From: Chiloscyllium plagiosum
Taxonomy: Eukaryota
Length of the DNA stretch: 64,000 nt
Reading direction: 5' to 3'
NCBI RefSeq assembly: GCF_004010195.1
Contig: NC_057742.1
Span: 21,696,287 to 21,760,286, forward strand
Positions 13,212-25,599 of the stretch are shown piece by piece; within the stretch, counting starts at the first letter, position 1; each line of letters begins with the position of its first letter. Both the position numbers and the translations under genes were made by a program. The notes beneath the pieces are model-generated. The model was not told where the DNA came from, made no database searches, and saw only the letters and a program-made list of their open reading frames with translations.

Positions 13212-13415
13212 GGAAGTCAGAAGTCACAGAACACAAGGTTGTAGTCCAACAGGTTTATTTGAAATCACAAGCTTTCAGAGCACTGCTCTTTCATCTTCAC
13301 CTGACAAAGGAGCAGCGCTCCGAATGCTTGTGATTTCAAATCAACCTGTTGGATTATAACCTGATGTCTTGTGACTTCTGACTTTGTCCATCCCAATCCA
13401 ACACTGGCACCTACG
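13212..13415. mobile_element. Palindromic mini-element, family B variant
   Basis: Inverted arms agtcagaagtcac...ccaacaggttt / aacctgttgg...gtgacttctgact around cacctgacaaaggagcagcgctccgaa. Confidence 0.8.
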
Positions 13416-13713
13416 CTCATTGTGTGGGAAAGTGGTGGGAAGTTTTTAGAAAGTTCAGAGATTGAGTATTGATGATAAAAGACACATTTCATTGAAGTTC
13501 TTTGTCTTGCCCTCGTCACAAGAATATAAATTGAAGGCAAAAACCAACATTTATTTTCCACATTAGGAGTACTGATTTGTTGATTGACATGTATTGACAT
13601 GTACAATGCACCATTGATACTGATGAAAGTTAACAGCCACGCTTTGTTTAGAGCCTTGTCCTGAGAAATGAACCCGCAAATGGCTGTCATCTATTTAGTT
13701 GAGTTGAAACAGG

Positions 13714-13919
13714 CAAAGTTAAAAATCACACAACACCAGGTTATAGTCCAACAGGTTTATTTGGAAGCACTAGCTTTTGGAGCACTCCTCTTTCATCAGA
13801 TGACGAAGGAGTGGCATTCCGAAAGCTAGTGCTTCCAAATAAACCTGTTGGACTATACCTGGTGTTGTGTGATTTTTAACTTTGTGCACTCCATTCCAAC
13901 ACCGGCACCTCCAAATCAT
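13714..13919. mobile_element. Palindromic mini-element, family B
   Basis: Near-perfect ~85-bp inverted arms (caaagttaaaaatcacacaacaccagg... / ...cctggtgttgtgtgatttttaactttg) with hammerhead-like cores at the centre. Confidence 0.85.
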
Positions 13920-14344
13920 GACAGTATATACAAATGTTTTTTGCATCTATTAAACAAAGGGCTCTATGTATTTATGTATGTATTTTACAGCAAACACCCA
14001 CATTGTGAATCCGATTGACAATCCTAAAGCAGTGAAATTCCTTACACATTCAGGATGATCTAGAAATTGCTCGTTAGATACAGTCAGCACCTTGCTTGTT
14101 GCCAATGACTGAAGGCCACATTTGCTGCAATTTTTCCTGCCACTGTGCAGACCTCAAAGGACCATGCATGGCAGCGACGTCTGGAACTGGAAGTCAATGT
14201 GACAGCAGGTTAATCATGGAACCTCTAAGCCGCTGCACAGCTTTCTGAAAACATAGGCTGCAGATACATGCTATTTGTTATGATCCACCAATCTTTGGGA
14301 CCTACAGCCTACGTACCTGGCATCACATTGGCACTGGAATTCAT

Positions 14345-14438
14345 TCCTGATGAAGAGCTTTTGCCCGAAACGTCGATTTTCTTGCTCCTCGGATGCTGCC
14401 TGACCTGCTGTGCTTTTCCAGCGCCACTCTGATCTAAT
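14345..14438 (+). mobile_element. ~95-bp family A insertion consisting almost only of the hammerhead plus terminus, 13-bp TSD
   Basis: TSD cactggaattcat at 14332-14344 and 14439-14451. Core ctgatgaagagcttttgcccgaaacgtc at 14347-14374. Confidence 0.85.
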
Positions 14439-14599
14439 CACTGGAATTCATATACCACTGTATCCATTTGTGTGAAAGGCAGAACATCTTTTTGGCTTGC
14501 CTGCACTAGAGATCCCTTTTGGCATTCAATAAGGAGACTTCAGTGGTGTTGAACCCATAGTTTGTGTCTGATCTTCTCTGTAGAGGATTCAGAAACATT

Positions 14600-17060
14600 T
14601 CCAAAGATGCTTAAAAATTACAGAGTGAATGGAAGTAAGGAACTTAAAACAGTCACTATCACCAGGGAAAAGATTGTTGGATAAACTATTCAACCTAAAT
14701 GCTGAAGGTGGCCTAAAGGTGGCCTGCCTGCAAATATCTGAAAAGAAATGACTACAGAAATAAAAGTTATTTTGGTTATAGTCTACCAAATTGGTCAGAT
14801 TATAGAGAGGTGCCACAGATTGGAAAATATCTAACATTACACCTCTGTGGAACCATAGAGTCCTAGAGTCATAGAGATATACAAAATGGAAACAGACCCT
14901 TCGGTCCAAATTGTCCATGCTGACCAGATATCCCAACCCAATCTAGTCCCATCTGCAAACACCCCACCCATATCCCTCCAAATCCTTCCTATTCATATAC
15001 CCGTTCAAATGCCTCCTAAATGTTGCAATTGTACCAGCCTCTACCACATCCTCTGGCAGCTCATTCCATACACGTACCATCCTCTGTGTGAAAACGTTGC
15101 CCCTTAGGTCTCTTTCATATCTTTCCCCTCTCACCCTAAACCTTTGCCCTCTAGTACTGGACTTGCCCACCCCAGGGAAAAGACTTTGTCTATTTATCCT
15201 ATCCATGCCCCTTATAATTTTGTAAATCTCTATAAGGTTACCCCTCAGCCTCCGACGCTCCAGGGAAAACAGCCCTAGCCTGTTTAGCCTCTTCACATAG
15301 TTCAAATCGTCCAACCCTGGCAACATCCTTGTAAGTCTTTTCTGAACCTTTTCAAGTTTCATAACATTTTTCTGATAGGAAGGAGACCAGAATTGCACGC
15401 AATATTCCAACAGTGGCCCAACCAATGACCTGTATAGCCACAACATGACCTCCCAACTCCTGTACTCAATACTCTGACCAATAAAGGAAAGCATACCAAA
15501 TGTCTTCTTCACTATCCTATTTACCTGCGACTCCACTTTCAAGGAGCAATTAACCAACACCAGCTTTTGCTACTAAGTAACTTTGTAATCTGATTCACCA
15601 ATCTGCATTCAAGAAAGAATGGAGACTGGAAACTGAAGGCCATCTGCCACTGTTGGAATCCATTCTTAGGGTAGTTATTGCAGGATGCCTAGAAATTATA
15701 ATGTGCTCAGGCAGAGTCAGCATGGTTTTGTGAACAGCAATTCATGTTTAACTGGTTTATTAGAGATTTTTGAAGAGGTAACAAGCCAATGTGAATAAAG
15801 AGGAAGCTGCTGATGTGGACTTATATTTATGAAAAACATTTGAGAAGGTGCCACATCAAGGGTTACTACACAAAATAAGATTATAAGGTGTAGAGGCAAC
15901 AGTCTTGTTTGGAAAAAGGTGTTGTTAGTTAACGGGGAACAGTGTAGGTATCAATGTATCTTTATCAGTTTGGCAAGCTGCAACATATGAATTGCCACAC
16001 AAGTCAGTACTGTACCCTCAACTATTTACAACTTACATCAATAATATGAACAAATGGACTGAATATACGGTCACTAAATTTGTCAATGACTGGTAATAGG
16101 TACAAACGCAAGGTGTCAAGAGAAGGTAGACATTCTGCAAAGGGACATAGGCAGATTAAGTGAGTGGGCAAAAAATTTAGCAAATAGAGTAGAATGTGGG
16201 AAAATGTCAAATTTTCTACATTGACTGGAAGAATAGAAAAGCAGTAACTATTTCAACAGAGAGAGACTGCAGAACTTGGTGCTACAGAGGAATCTGGGTG
16301 TCCTGGTAAATATATGACAAAACATTAGCTTAACCACCTCAAGGGCACCAATCGATGGGCAGTAAAAGCTGATCCTGTTGGCAACACCTACATCCCATTA
16401 ATGATTTTTTAAAAAGAGGTATAATGTGATTAGAAATGAAGACGGAACATTAGTATTTATTGCAAGAAGAATAGGAAGTAAATATTTAGAAGTTTTACCG
16501 CAGCTGTATAGCGGGGCCTTGGTGAGACTCATTCTGAAGTAGTGTGGACAGTTTCAATCACCTTGAAGTAAGATATAATTGCAGGAACAGTTCAGAGAGG
16601 GCTCACTCAACTAATTCCTGGAATGATTGGCTTGATTTACAAACAAAGGTTGAACAGGCTGAGCTTGTACCTATTTAAGTTTAGAAGAATGGGAGATCTT
16701 ATTAAAATATGTAAGATCTGGAGGGAAAAGTGTCCTTTTAGGATAGATAGTTTTAGGGTACACAGTTTGAAAATAAGAAATCTCTCTTTTAAGAGAGATA
16801 TAAAGAGAGTTTTTCTTCTCTCAAGGTCACTTGTCAACGGGAGACTCCAGCCCAGAAAGGAATGGAAACCGTGTCATTGAATTTATTCAAGGAAGAGTTA
16901 GATAGCTTTTTAGATAAATAGGGACATCCAGGGTTATAGTAGGAACAGAGGAAGTGGAGTTGGAGACCACAAGCAGATAAGTCATTAACTTTTCAAATGA
17001 TGGGAAAGGCTCAAAAAGGTGAATGACCTTCTCAAGTCCCTAAATTCTCTGTTTCTTTGA
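14600..17060 (+). mobile_element. Degraded CR1 RT region (host of the 14857 insertion)
   Basis: SQHGFVNSNSCLTGLLEIFEEVT and K.FEKVPHQ.LL remnants. Confidence 0.75.
14857..15560 (-). mobile_element. CR1 LINE 3' fragment (young)
   Basis: ORF 14943-15560 ...GPLLEYCVQFWSPSY...LFSLERRRLRGNL...VRVWNELP; tail (ctctatga)n. Confidence 0.92.
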
Positions 17061-17739
17061 CCTTTGAAGGCCATGGGGACTGAAGCAATTCCAGAAGTAT
17101 TGCGATTGCTCTTGATTCTGGACGAGCCGGAGATCAAGGATGGGGCCTTCTGTTCTGATACTGTCAGATGTTGTTTATATTCAGTGGAGTTTAATTTGAA
17201 TGCCCCACGTAGAATTAATAGTGGATTGTGAATGTGTCTGGTATCCCATTTCTCTATATTGAGATACCATGGTCTCTAGTAGCCTGTCAACGTGACAATT
17301 GTCAGCAGCCTCGTGCAATCCATTATGGAAACTCTTAGACAAGACTTGTTAGAAACTGTTTGTCGTCACTGCTGTGTTCACATTTGAGAGTTCAGTCAAG
17401 GAACAACCTGTTCAACTTCTTCATCTGGCTTCTCAATTACGCATGTATTTCATGAGACGCAAATATAGAGCATTCTCAAATGTTGTTTTGGCTTGTAACC
17501 AACGGAGATCATTTAATCAAGAGTTAAAGGAGCAGTTGTCAGTGTAACAGACTACATAGTTACTTCATTTTGTTCCTGTAAACACTGTACCGAATGGCTG
17601 CTTTCCAAATTTTGCAAAACATGAATGTTCCTAAAAGTGTCAACAATTTAGACTTCATTATGAGGCTTGTGATGAAAGTGAAAAAAACAAATACATAGTT
17701 TAAAGAAACACTGTCATTCTTTCAAACTTGCACATTAAT

Positions 17740-18450
17740 CCTCATTTTGTTTGCCAAACATGATGACGCAATTTACATGACAAAGGAAATTTAGTGCAGA
17801 AAAGAGTTGCATTGATACATTTTGACAGCAGGGATTAGGAGAGGCAATATTGATTTAACAGGACAGTTCTAAAGAATGTGGGTGGTGACAGCAGCAGTTC
17901 TAAATGGACAGAGAGACCGAATCAATGTGCAAAGATCTATGTTGATGGAAGGACGTACTAGTTAGTGTGATGTGTCCAGCACTGGTCACTACACTTTAGA
18001 AAGGATTGGCGAGTTCTTCAAAGTGTGCAGAGGAGATTTACTGGAACATTTTGGGATGAGGAATTTTAAGAAGTTTAGGTTGAAAAAGCTGAGATTGTTC
18101 TCTTTGAGATAGAGGGAAGATTGAGAAATGTATATAAATCCAGGACAGATTAGACAAGGGATGTGAGGAAAATGCATTCCCGCTGATTGACAGAACAAAG
18201 ATAAGATTTAAGATTTTGAAGAAGAAAGCTAGGAGAAATGTGAGGATGATCTTTTTCAAATGCAGCAAATGGGTGGTGGCAACAGCAGAAGCTATCAATG
18301 CTTTCAAAGAAAACTGCAGGGGCATTTGAGGGATATAAATTTAGAGGTCAATGGAAGTAGATCAGTGGAATGGGACTAATCAAATAACTGTATAGCAAGG
18401 CAGAATCAACTTATTGAATTGAACAATGCTCTAGCGCCATAAGTGTCTCA
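17740..18450 (+). mobile_element. Degraded CR1 3' fragment
   Basis: FKVCRGDL / RLKKLRLFSL-like remnants. Confidence 0.55.
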
Positions 18451-18599
18451 ATGGAAACATGTTGCTCCACAAACGTGTTACAATCGCAATAATATAATTA
18501 ACCAGTTTATGCTGATTTCAAATGTTCACAACAATGTTAAACAAATGTGAAGGACTTTCTGATCATGTAAATTTATTTCTCTATTCAATACTTACCCAT

Positions 18600-19150
18600 C
18601 CTAACATTCGTTTTAGTTTGAATAACCCAAATGTTTTGACTTTGTAACTTTGCAACTTTGCTTGGATATATTAATTCTACAATTTGAGCTGATCCAAACC
18701 TCTAACTTCATTTTCTAATCCATTCATCAGTCACCCCTGTACTTACTGACCTAGATTGACCTCTGGTCTGATGATGCCTTTATTTTAAAATGTTCATTGT
18801 TGTTTTCAAATACCTTCCCCGTCTTAGTAAGAGCATCAAACCCTGCAATTTCTGAGATTTCTGCATGCTTTCAATGCTGGCCTCCTGGGCACTTTTGATT
18901 TTAAGCAGCCCATCGCTGACAGCAACATCTTCAGCTATTCAGGCCCAGACGTCATCAACTTCCTCCTGAGATATCCACACCATATCACCTTTGTCTCCTT
19001 CAAGATGTTGCTCAAACACATCTCTTTGATTTAGGATTGTGCTCACTTATCGAATATCACTATGAGAATTAATGTCAAATTTTGCTTTATACTGTTCTTG
19101 TGAAGTTTATTTAAGTGGCCGTACAACTGCACATTGGTGCTGTATTAAAA
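18600..19150 (+). mobile_element. L2-type LINE 3' remnant
   Basis: VTPVLTDL..PLV...FKMFIVVFK resembles the L2 HITPVL..LHWLP..FKIL motif. Confidence 0.55.
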
Positions 19151-21416
19151 AGTGTCTTTTTAAACAGACCAACTGCAGTGTGGGGAATTTCCATGAATAA
19201 GTATCCCTTGTTGCTTATGTTAAATGGCTGTTTCGATCAATTGGCTGTTTAAATGGACTTTGTTTCATATGGGATTCGGAAGTTTGGATGAAAGAAATGG
19301 AATTAAAATTCTGGACTCTAAGCAGTTTGGAATTAATCCTTTCAAGAACAAAAAAAAGATTCAATTTAACAAATTAAATTCTGCATTGAATGGCTCAGAA
19401 CAGAAAACATTAAATAGCTTTTACACTGCATTTGGAAATGTCACTGTAATCATATTTTTTTTTTACTCTTGATGTGGACTAAAATGGGAAAAGGATTGTT
19501 TTTCAGTCAAGGATTATGGAAAGAATTGCTGCACTCTTAAATATAAGCTACATTGTGAGATATATTTACACCTTTGTTTTGTAAGCAATAGAAGAAGAGA
19601 GATATGACTCTTGGCATCAGGGTGTACGAGCAGAAAGAGATTCACCCTGTGAGAAATTGCTGATTGGTTTGGGTAATTGTGATCCATTCTGGATGCCCAA
19701 GTCATCAGCCTAATGACGTATCTCCAATTGGTTGCTGGGCGGGTAAATGGTTTGAGAGCTGATGATGGAGGCAGAAAAGCTTCCTGACTGCTGAAAGAGC
19801 AGGTACGGTGGCTTTATCTCTCTACAGTAAACTAACTGAAGCCTGAAGATTTATTTTCTCTCATCAGTTCCTGTAAGCTTTTGTCCTTAGCCAGTAACTA
19901 ACAGTCTTTATAATTAATGGAGCAGTCCCTCTGTGTCTCCTGCAAAAACGTGAAAGAATCTGATAAAGGAGGTTAGGAAACATAATGTCTTCAGAAGCAA
20001 AAGGAACATCTCATCAGTCCTGGCCTATATTTTTCTATTTTTGCCTCCATATATAACACCTTTGGTTTGTTTACCTCCATATTTACATATAGGGGTTTTG
20101 AAGGGTTAGTGTTTCAACTAGCAGAGTTCGGTGTTGACAGTTCATAGTTTAGTTTATCTGTTGCTAGTGCTTGTTTATTTTTAATAAATAGCAATTCTTA
20201 GTAATTACGCTACTGTCAGTGTTCTCAATCATTCTGAGTTCATCTGACAGGTAAATTGTAGCCTTTGCCTACTTTGACTAACAAATAATCAAAACAAATA
20301 AATTTAAAGATTATAAACTTCCTCCTTTGATCAAATACAAAGTTACCAAAAAATAGATTAGGAGCATATTACAGATCAGAAAATGAGGACTAAGAAACTG
20401 ATTTGTTTAGAAATGGAGAATATGAATGTAAATTAGCAAACAATGTGAAAACAGGCTGCAGCTATGTAAAAAGGAGCAGATGAGCCAAGGCAAATGTGGG
20501 TTCAATTCAGGCAAATTCAGAATAATATATACAATGGGAAATAAGGCAATTGCAAAGAAGCTAAATAATTACTTTGTGCCTGCCTTAATGGAAGATGCAA
20601 AAATAAACTTCAGAAATGTTAATCTAAAGGACCAAGTGAGAATAAAGAGTGGGAAGTAATATGATCCGATGGTCCTAATTGCTCTGGGGCAATGAAATTA
20701 TCAAAAAGTCAGATCCACAAGATGGCGGCAGCCAAGCAAGCAGCATTTGGGTGCCTGTGCACTGGCTTGACCTTCTTGTCTGCATTTTTCTTTTTCCCTT
20801 TCTCCTTTTACCCCATTACCCTTGATCTCCATCTATCCATCGCATTCCCAGTTACCTTCCACCCAGTCTCACTCCCCCCTACCCCCTATTTGGGCTTATG
20901 CCTGAAACGCGACTGTTCTACTCCTCAGATGCTGCCTGACCTGCTGTGCTTTTCCAGCGCCATACTCTCAACGCTGATCTCCAGCATCTGTAGTCCTCAC
21001 ATTCTCCCTGCTTCTGCTTTAGTAAAGTATTACTTGGTAGCAAAGAGAGATCTATATAGCCAGGTTCATGTTGAATATCCTTTATTATCATGTACATTCA
21101 GTTTAAAATACAGTGAAAAGTGTGTACTGTCACTTGTACACAGCGCCATTCACAGAATAAATTTTTTTAAAACTTCAGAATTGAGGCCTACCGGTGCTGG
21201 GCCACACCCCCACATATCGCATCTGAGTGACACGCATCGAGTGGGTGTGGAGCTGGGTTAACTGTTTGCACGCCAAGCAACCTTGTTAATGAGAAAACAA
21301 AACTTCACAAGAAACACTCAGATTTTGGAGCTTTTCAGATTTTGAGATTTCAGATAAAAGATTGTCTACCTGTACAACATTTCCATCTCCGCATACTGCC
21401 ACCAGTGTTCCCGCTC

Positions 21417-22335
21417 TGGGCTTTCCAGCCCACGCCAAGCTCCAGAGAGAGTGTCCCGCTCCGGGCTACACCAGCTCAGGCCATGCCGCAGAGACAGTGC
21501 CCTTCTCCAGGCTACACCAGCCCAGGCCATGCCTCAGAGAGAGTGTCCCACTTTGGGCTACACCGGCCCACACAATGTCCCAGAGAGAGTATCCCACTCT
21601 GGGCTACACCAACCCACACCATGCCCCAGAGAGAGTGTCCCACTCTGGCCTGTACCAACCCAGGCCATGCTGCAGAGAGAGTGTTCTTGCTCTGGGCTAC
21701 ACCAGCCCATGCCATGCCACAGAGAGAGAGTATCCCACTCTGGGCTACACCATGCTGCAGAGAGAGTGTTCTCGCTCTTGGCTACACAAGCCCAGGCCAT
21801 GCCGCACAGAAAGAATGTCCCACTCCGGGCTACACCAGCCCATGCCAAGCCGCAGAGAAAGTGCTCTGCCCCTGCCTACACCAGCCTACACCATGCGGGA
21901 GAGAGTGTGTCCCACTGTGGGCTACACCAGCCCATGCCATGCTGCAGAGACAGTGTCCTGCTCTGGGCTACACCAGTCCAGGCCATGCCCCAGTGAGAGT
22001 GTCCTGCTCTAGGCTACAGCAGCTCAGGTGATGCCGCAGAGAGAGTGTCCCTGCTCTGGGCTACACTAGCCCAGGCCATGCCCCAGTGAGCGTCTGCTCT
22101 GGCCTACACCAGCCCACACAATGCCACAGACAGGGTCTGCTCTGACCTACACCAGCCCATGCCATGCCACAGAGAGTGTCCCACTTCGGCCAACACCAGC
22201 CCACACCATGATGCAGACAGGGTGTCCCACTCCAGGCTACACCAGCCCACACCATGCCACAGAGACTGTCCCGTCCTGCTCCGGCCTACACCAGCCCACA
22301 CCAAGCTGCAGACAGTGTGTCCCACTCCGGCCTAA
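21417..22335. repeat. GC-rich 46-bp minisatellite, about 20 copies
   Basis: Unit ~gggctacaccagcccatgccatgccgcagagagagtgtcccactct; starts at 21463, 21509, 21555, 21601 and onward. Confidence 0.95.
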
Positions 22336-22689
22336 TTAACTGTCTGGCATTTTTATGTCTGTGCTCACGCAGATAGATTGGCAATTTGGAAAACGTCATT
22401 GAAGGCAATAGATATTTTTCTATTCAAACCTCAGAAGAGTAAAGACAATCAGACATGGAGCCAACTCAGCAGGGTTGTGTAATTTGCAACTCATGCAATT
22501 TACTTTCCACCTTTGTTCTAATCTTAACTAACATGCCACATTTGATGCCCATGCTCCAAATGCTTGTTTTAAATACTGGAGAGAATCAATTCACATAGTC
22601 ATATTGCTACAGGAGAGATAAGGGGATAAAGTAATGAATGAAACAATGAAAAAAGTGTGCTAGACATCTAACTTTTTTTTCTCATCAAC

Positions 22690-22795
22690 CTTTTCTGAGA
22701 TGTTCTTACACACCTCTGCAGCAAGTCAGACTTGAACCCAGGCCTCCCAAGTCCAGGCGTAGTGGCATCACCACTGCACCACAACAGGGTCCCTA
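22690..22795 (-). mobile_element. Short tRNA-derived SINE
   Basis: Minus strand has A-box-like TGGTGCAGTGG and B-box-like GGTTCAAGTC. Confidence 0.55.
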
Positions 22796-22839
22796 TACTA
22801 GGAGTCTAAAATGGCTACAAGGGATCATTGCACAACACT

Positions 22840-23115
22840 TTTGGTTTTCTTTTATTAACAACAAGATGACATGCAAACAGCAGTCTCAGCATTATATTGT
22901 TGCTATTGACTGTTGTTTTCTTGTCTGAAAGTTCCTGGTCACTGCCAATTTTCCAAGATGATTATCCCATGGAAGCCAGGAGGGTGGAGTTTAAACAAGA
23001 TCTGAACAGCAAATAAAAATCTCTTAGCAATTCATGTAGGAAGTAATTTATCCTTTTGCACAGTGTTTACTCAGAAATGCAAAACAAAATTACAAAGCTC
23101 AGGAAATGCAATGTT
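22840..23115 (+). repeat. Left copy of ~275-bp inverted duplication
   Basis: Reverse complement of 26274-26540. Confidence 0.9.
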
Positions 23116-23124
23116 CCATTAAGG

Positions 23125-23745
23125 CTCCACATCCCTCCCATTTATCTCTCAGTCCACTTGGGCCACCCACTCATTCCTGATGAAGAGTTTATGCTCAAAA
23201 CATCAACTCTCCTGACCAGCTGTGCTTTTCTAGCACCACAATCTTCAAATTTGATCTCCAGCACATGCAGTCCTCACTTTCTGCTAGTTGATGATAACCT
23301 TCCTGCGAATCCTCTTCCAAGGATGCCTACCTTGAAGAATTTCTATGCCTCCTTCTACAAGGATCTCAGTGAGTCTCTCTCTCACTGCACCCATCAGGTC
23401 ATCTCCTCTGTTCTGAAGCTCTTCAGCCTCATCTCCCCTCCCCTCAACTTATCCCAGATCCAAACTTCCAACTCAGCACTGCCCTCTTGAACTATCCTGT
23501 CCATCTTCCTTCCCACCTATTCGCTCCACCTCCTCTCCGATCTATCATCTTCACCCCGACCTTCATCTACCTATGCATTTCTAGCTACCTTCCTCCCAGA
23601 CCCAACCCCCTCCCATTTATCTCTCAGCCACCTTGGGCCACCTTTTCATTCCTGATGAAGAGCCTATGTTTGAAACATCGACTGTCCTGCTCCTCGCATG
23701 CTGCCTGATCGGCTGTGCTTTTCCAGCACCTCACTCTTTGACTCT
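23125..23745 (+). mobile_element. Penelope family A tandem terminal repeats (pLTR-like)
   Basis: Two copies of ctcccatttatctctcag...cattcctgatgaagag...gaaacatc...tgtgcttttc at about 23135 and 23610. Confidence 0.75.
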
Positions 23746-24774
23746 AAAGCAGAAGCAGTCTTTGTTTTACTAACACAATAAAACGGAAGTCTATCCCCCT
23801 CAAAAATAGAGATAAACAAGAAAAAGTAATTCTATTCCATTCAAACACTGATTTAATTATTTTAAATACACAGGAATAACTCAAGTTGTCTTTATAGATT
23901 GAACAAAACAATAGTTTTATTATAGGGGTCAGTACATCTTAGAAAATTGTATGAACATAATTGTTATTCTAAGAACATCTAGTGCAGTACCTTTAGCAAG
24001 ATCCAGTCCAGCTCATTTCTAAGGGAGCAAGACTTTTCTTTCAATGAGCTTGATGCAATTTGAATTTGAAGTCATCATTGGAACTGTAGATAACTCTGTG
24101 CTCCTGACTTAGCTTTCTTGTAGTGCTATACTATCCCTTACACAGCCTCAATTCCTTTTCAATTAAAACAAACTTCAAAAGCTTAATTATTTTCTTCTCT
24201 ACCAACTGTATCCCAACACTCTGGTTTTGGATAAATAATAACATTGTGTGTTAAGTAATTTCATTATTTTAAACCCCATAGAAACACAACATAGCACATG
24301 TTACTCCATCAAATGACTTTTCAGCTCTGTGGAGCATAATAAATGCTTTTCTCTAAAATAACTTCCCAATACAGAATAAAATGAAATTCGGAGTTTGAAT
24401 TGGAAAATAGACATAATGCACCTGGGTGCCCAATTTTCCAAGGTTTGATTTCAATGGAGCAAACAATCAATACAACAGACCCGAAAACCTTACCTAATTG
24501 AGATATGCACAGATTTTGGGCTGAATCTTATGTTTTTCATGACTAAGTCAGAATTGCACTGATTTTTAAGTTTTTCTGTCTCACGAAGATGGAATGGAGA
24601 ATGGCAAAGAAATAGATCTGGTCAACTTTTATGTTTTCCTTAAAGCAAATTGCTGCTACTATATTAATTTTTTTGTGCACAGTAAGCATTCTCTCCTTGT
24701 CTTTCGATTATGATGTGATTTACACCACCATATTTCTGTTGTCACCCACTAGTTAGATATAGTATAAGTTGTCA

Positions 24775-24866
24775 AAAAGTGTGGCATTGGAAAAGTACAG
24801 CAGGTCCGGCAGCATCCGAGGAGCAGGAGAACCGACGTTTCGCGTATAAGCCCTTCTTCAGGAATG
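24775..24866 (-). mobile_element. Family A mini-element
   Basis: Minus strand cctgaagaagggcttatacgcgaaacgtc followed by the family terminus. Confidence 0.8.
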
Positions 24867-25082
24867 TCACTACCAAAATCCAAGAAGCTAGCAACTCCTT
24901 GGGCATTCACAATGCATGTGAAAAATTGGATAAGAAGAAATTCATGAGCAATTGTGACTCCGATGATGCTCCATTATATATATCTATAATAGAATTAATA
25001 ATCAAACTATGTCATCTTGAGATCAATCTTTTATGCCATGGTGCACTAACGGGAATGTTGCAAGAAACCTTCATTTCTTCTT

Positions 25083-25258
25083 GATTTGGAGGTGCTGGTG
25101 TTGGACTGGGGTGTACAAAGTTAAAAATCACACAATACCAGGTCATGGTCCAACAGGTATATACTCCACAACCACCCTATGAAGGGGCAGTGCTCCGAAA
25201 GCTAGTGCTTCCAAATAAACCTGTTGGATGATAACCTGGTGTTGTGTGATTTTTAACT
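25083..25258. mobile_element. Palindromic mini-element, family B
   Basis: gttaaaaatcacacaataccagg ... cctggtgttgtgtgatttttaac. Confidence 0.8.
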
Positions 25259-25599
25259 ACAATTCTTCATTAATTGACTGAAAACAGGTCCCTCAGGATA
25301 TCAAACTTTGTTCATTTAGTTGACACATTCAGCTGAGGGCCCACAGCTTGACTAGTTGCCATTTCTTTCTTCTTTTCTGCCTTTTCACTCATCCTGTCTT
25401 GTTTCCTGCTCAAACTCATTAAAATCACGATTGGAAGTTGTTATCTGTACCAAAGCTAATGAATGTAGGCGGACAGTGGATTAATGTACAGGTGTTCACT
25501 CAATTTACGTGATGGAGGATAAAAATATTGTTTTTCCGGAATTGTGCCATGTTTGGTAATGTGAGTATGTATGCATAATTGAGCTCTCCTACTCATTAT

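Larger units (their letters stand above)
13430..14560 (-). mobile_element. Old Penelope-like element remnant (GIY-YIG) hosting younger insertions
   Basis: Minus strand reads SQKDVLPFTQMDTVVYEFQCQCDARYVG.RSQRLVD once the 14345-14438 insert is removed. Confidence 0.7.

Noticed and set aside
20692-21261. 189-aa ORF
   Set aside because: Crosses several unrelated repeat fragments, including a family A terminus; no coherent protein.
21342-22339. Eleven overlapping ORFs of 64-229 aa, or a CRISPR-like array
   Set aside because: These are by-products of a 46-bp tandem repeat; there are no unique spacers and the context is eukaryotic.
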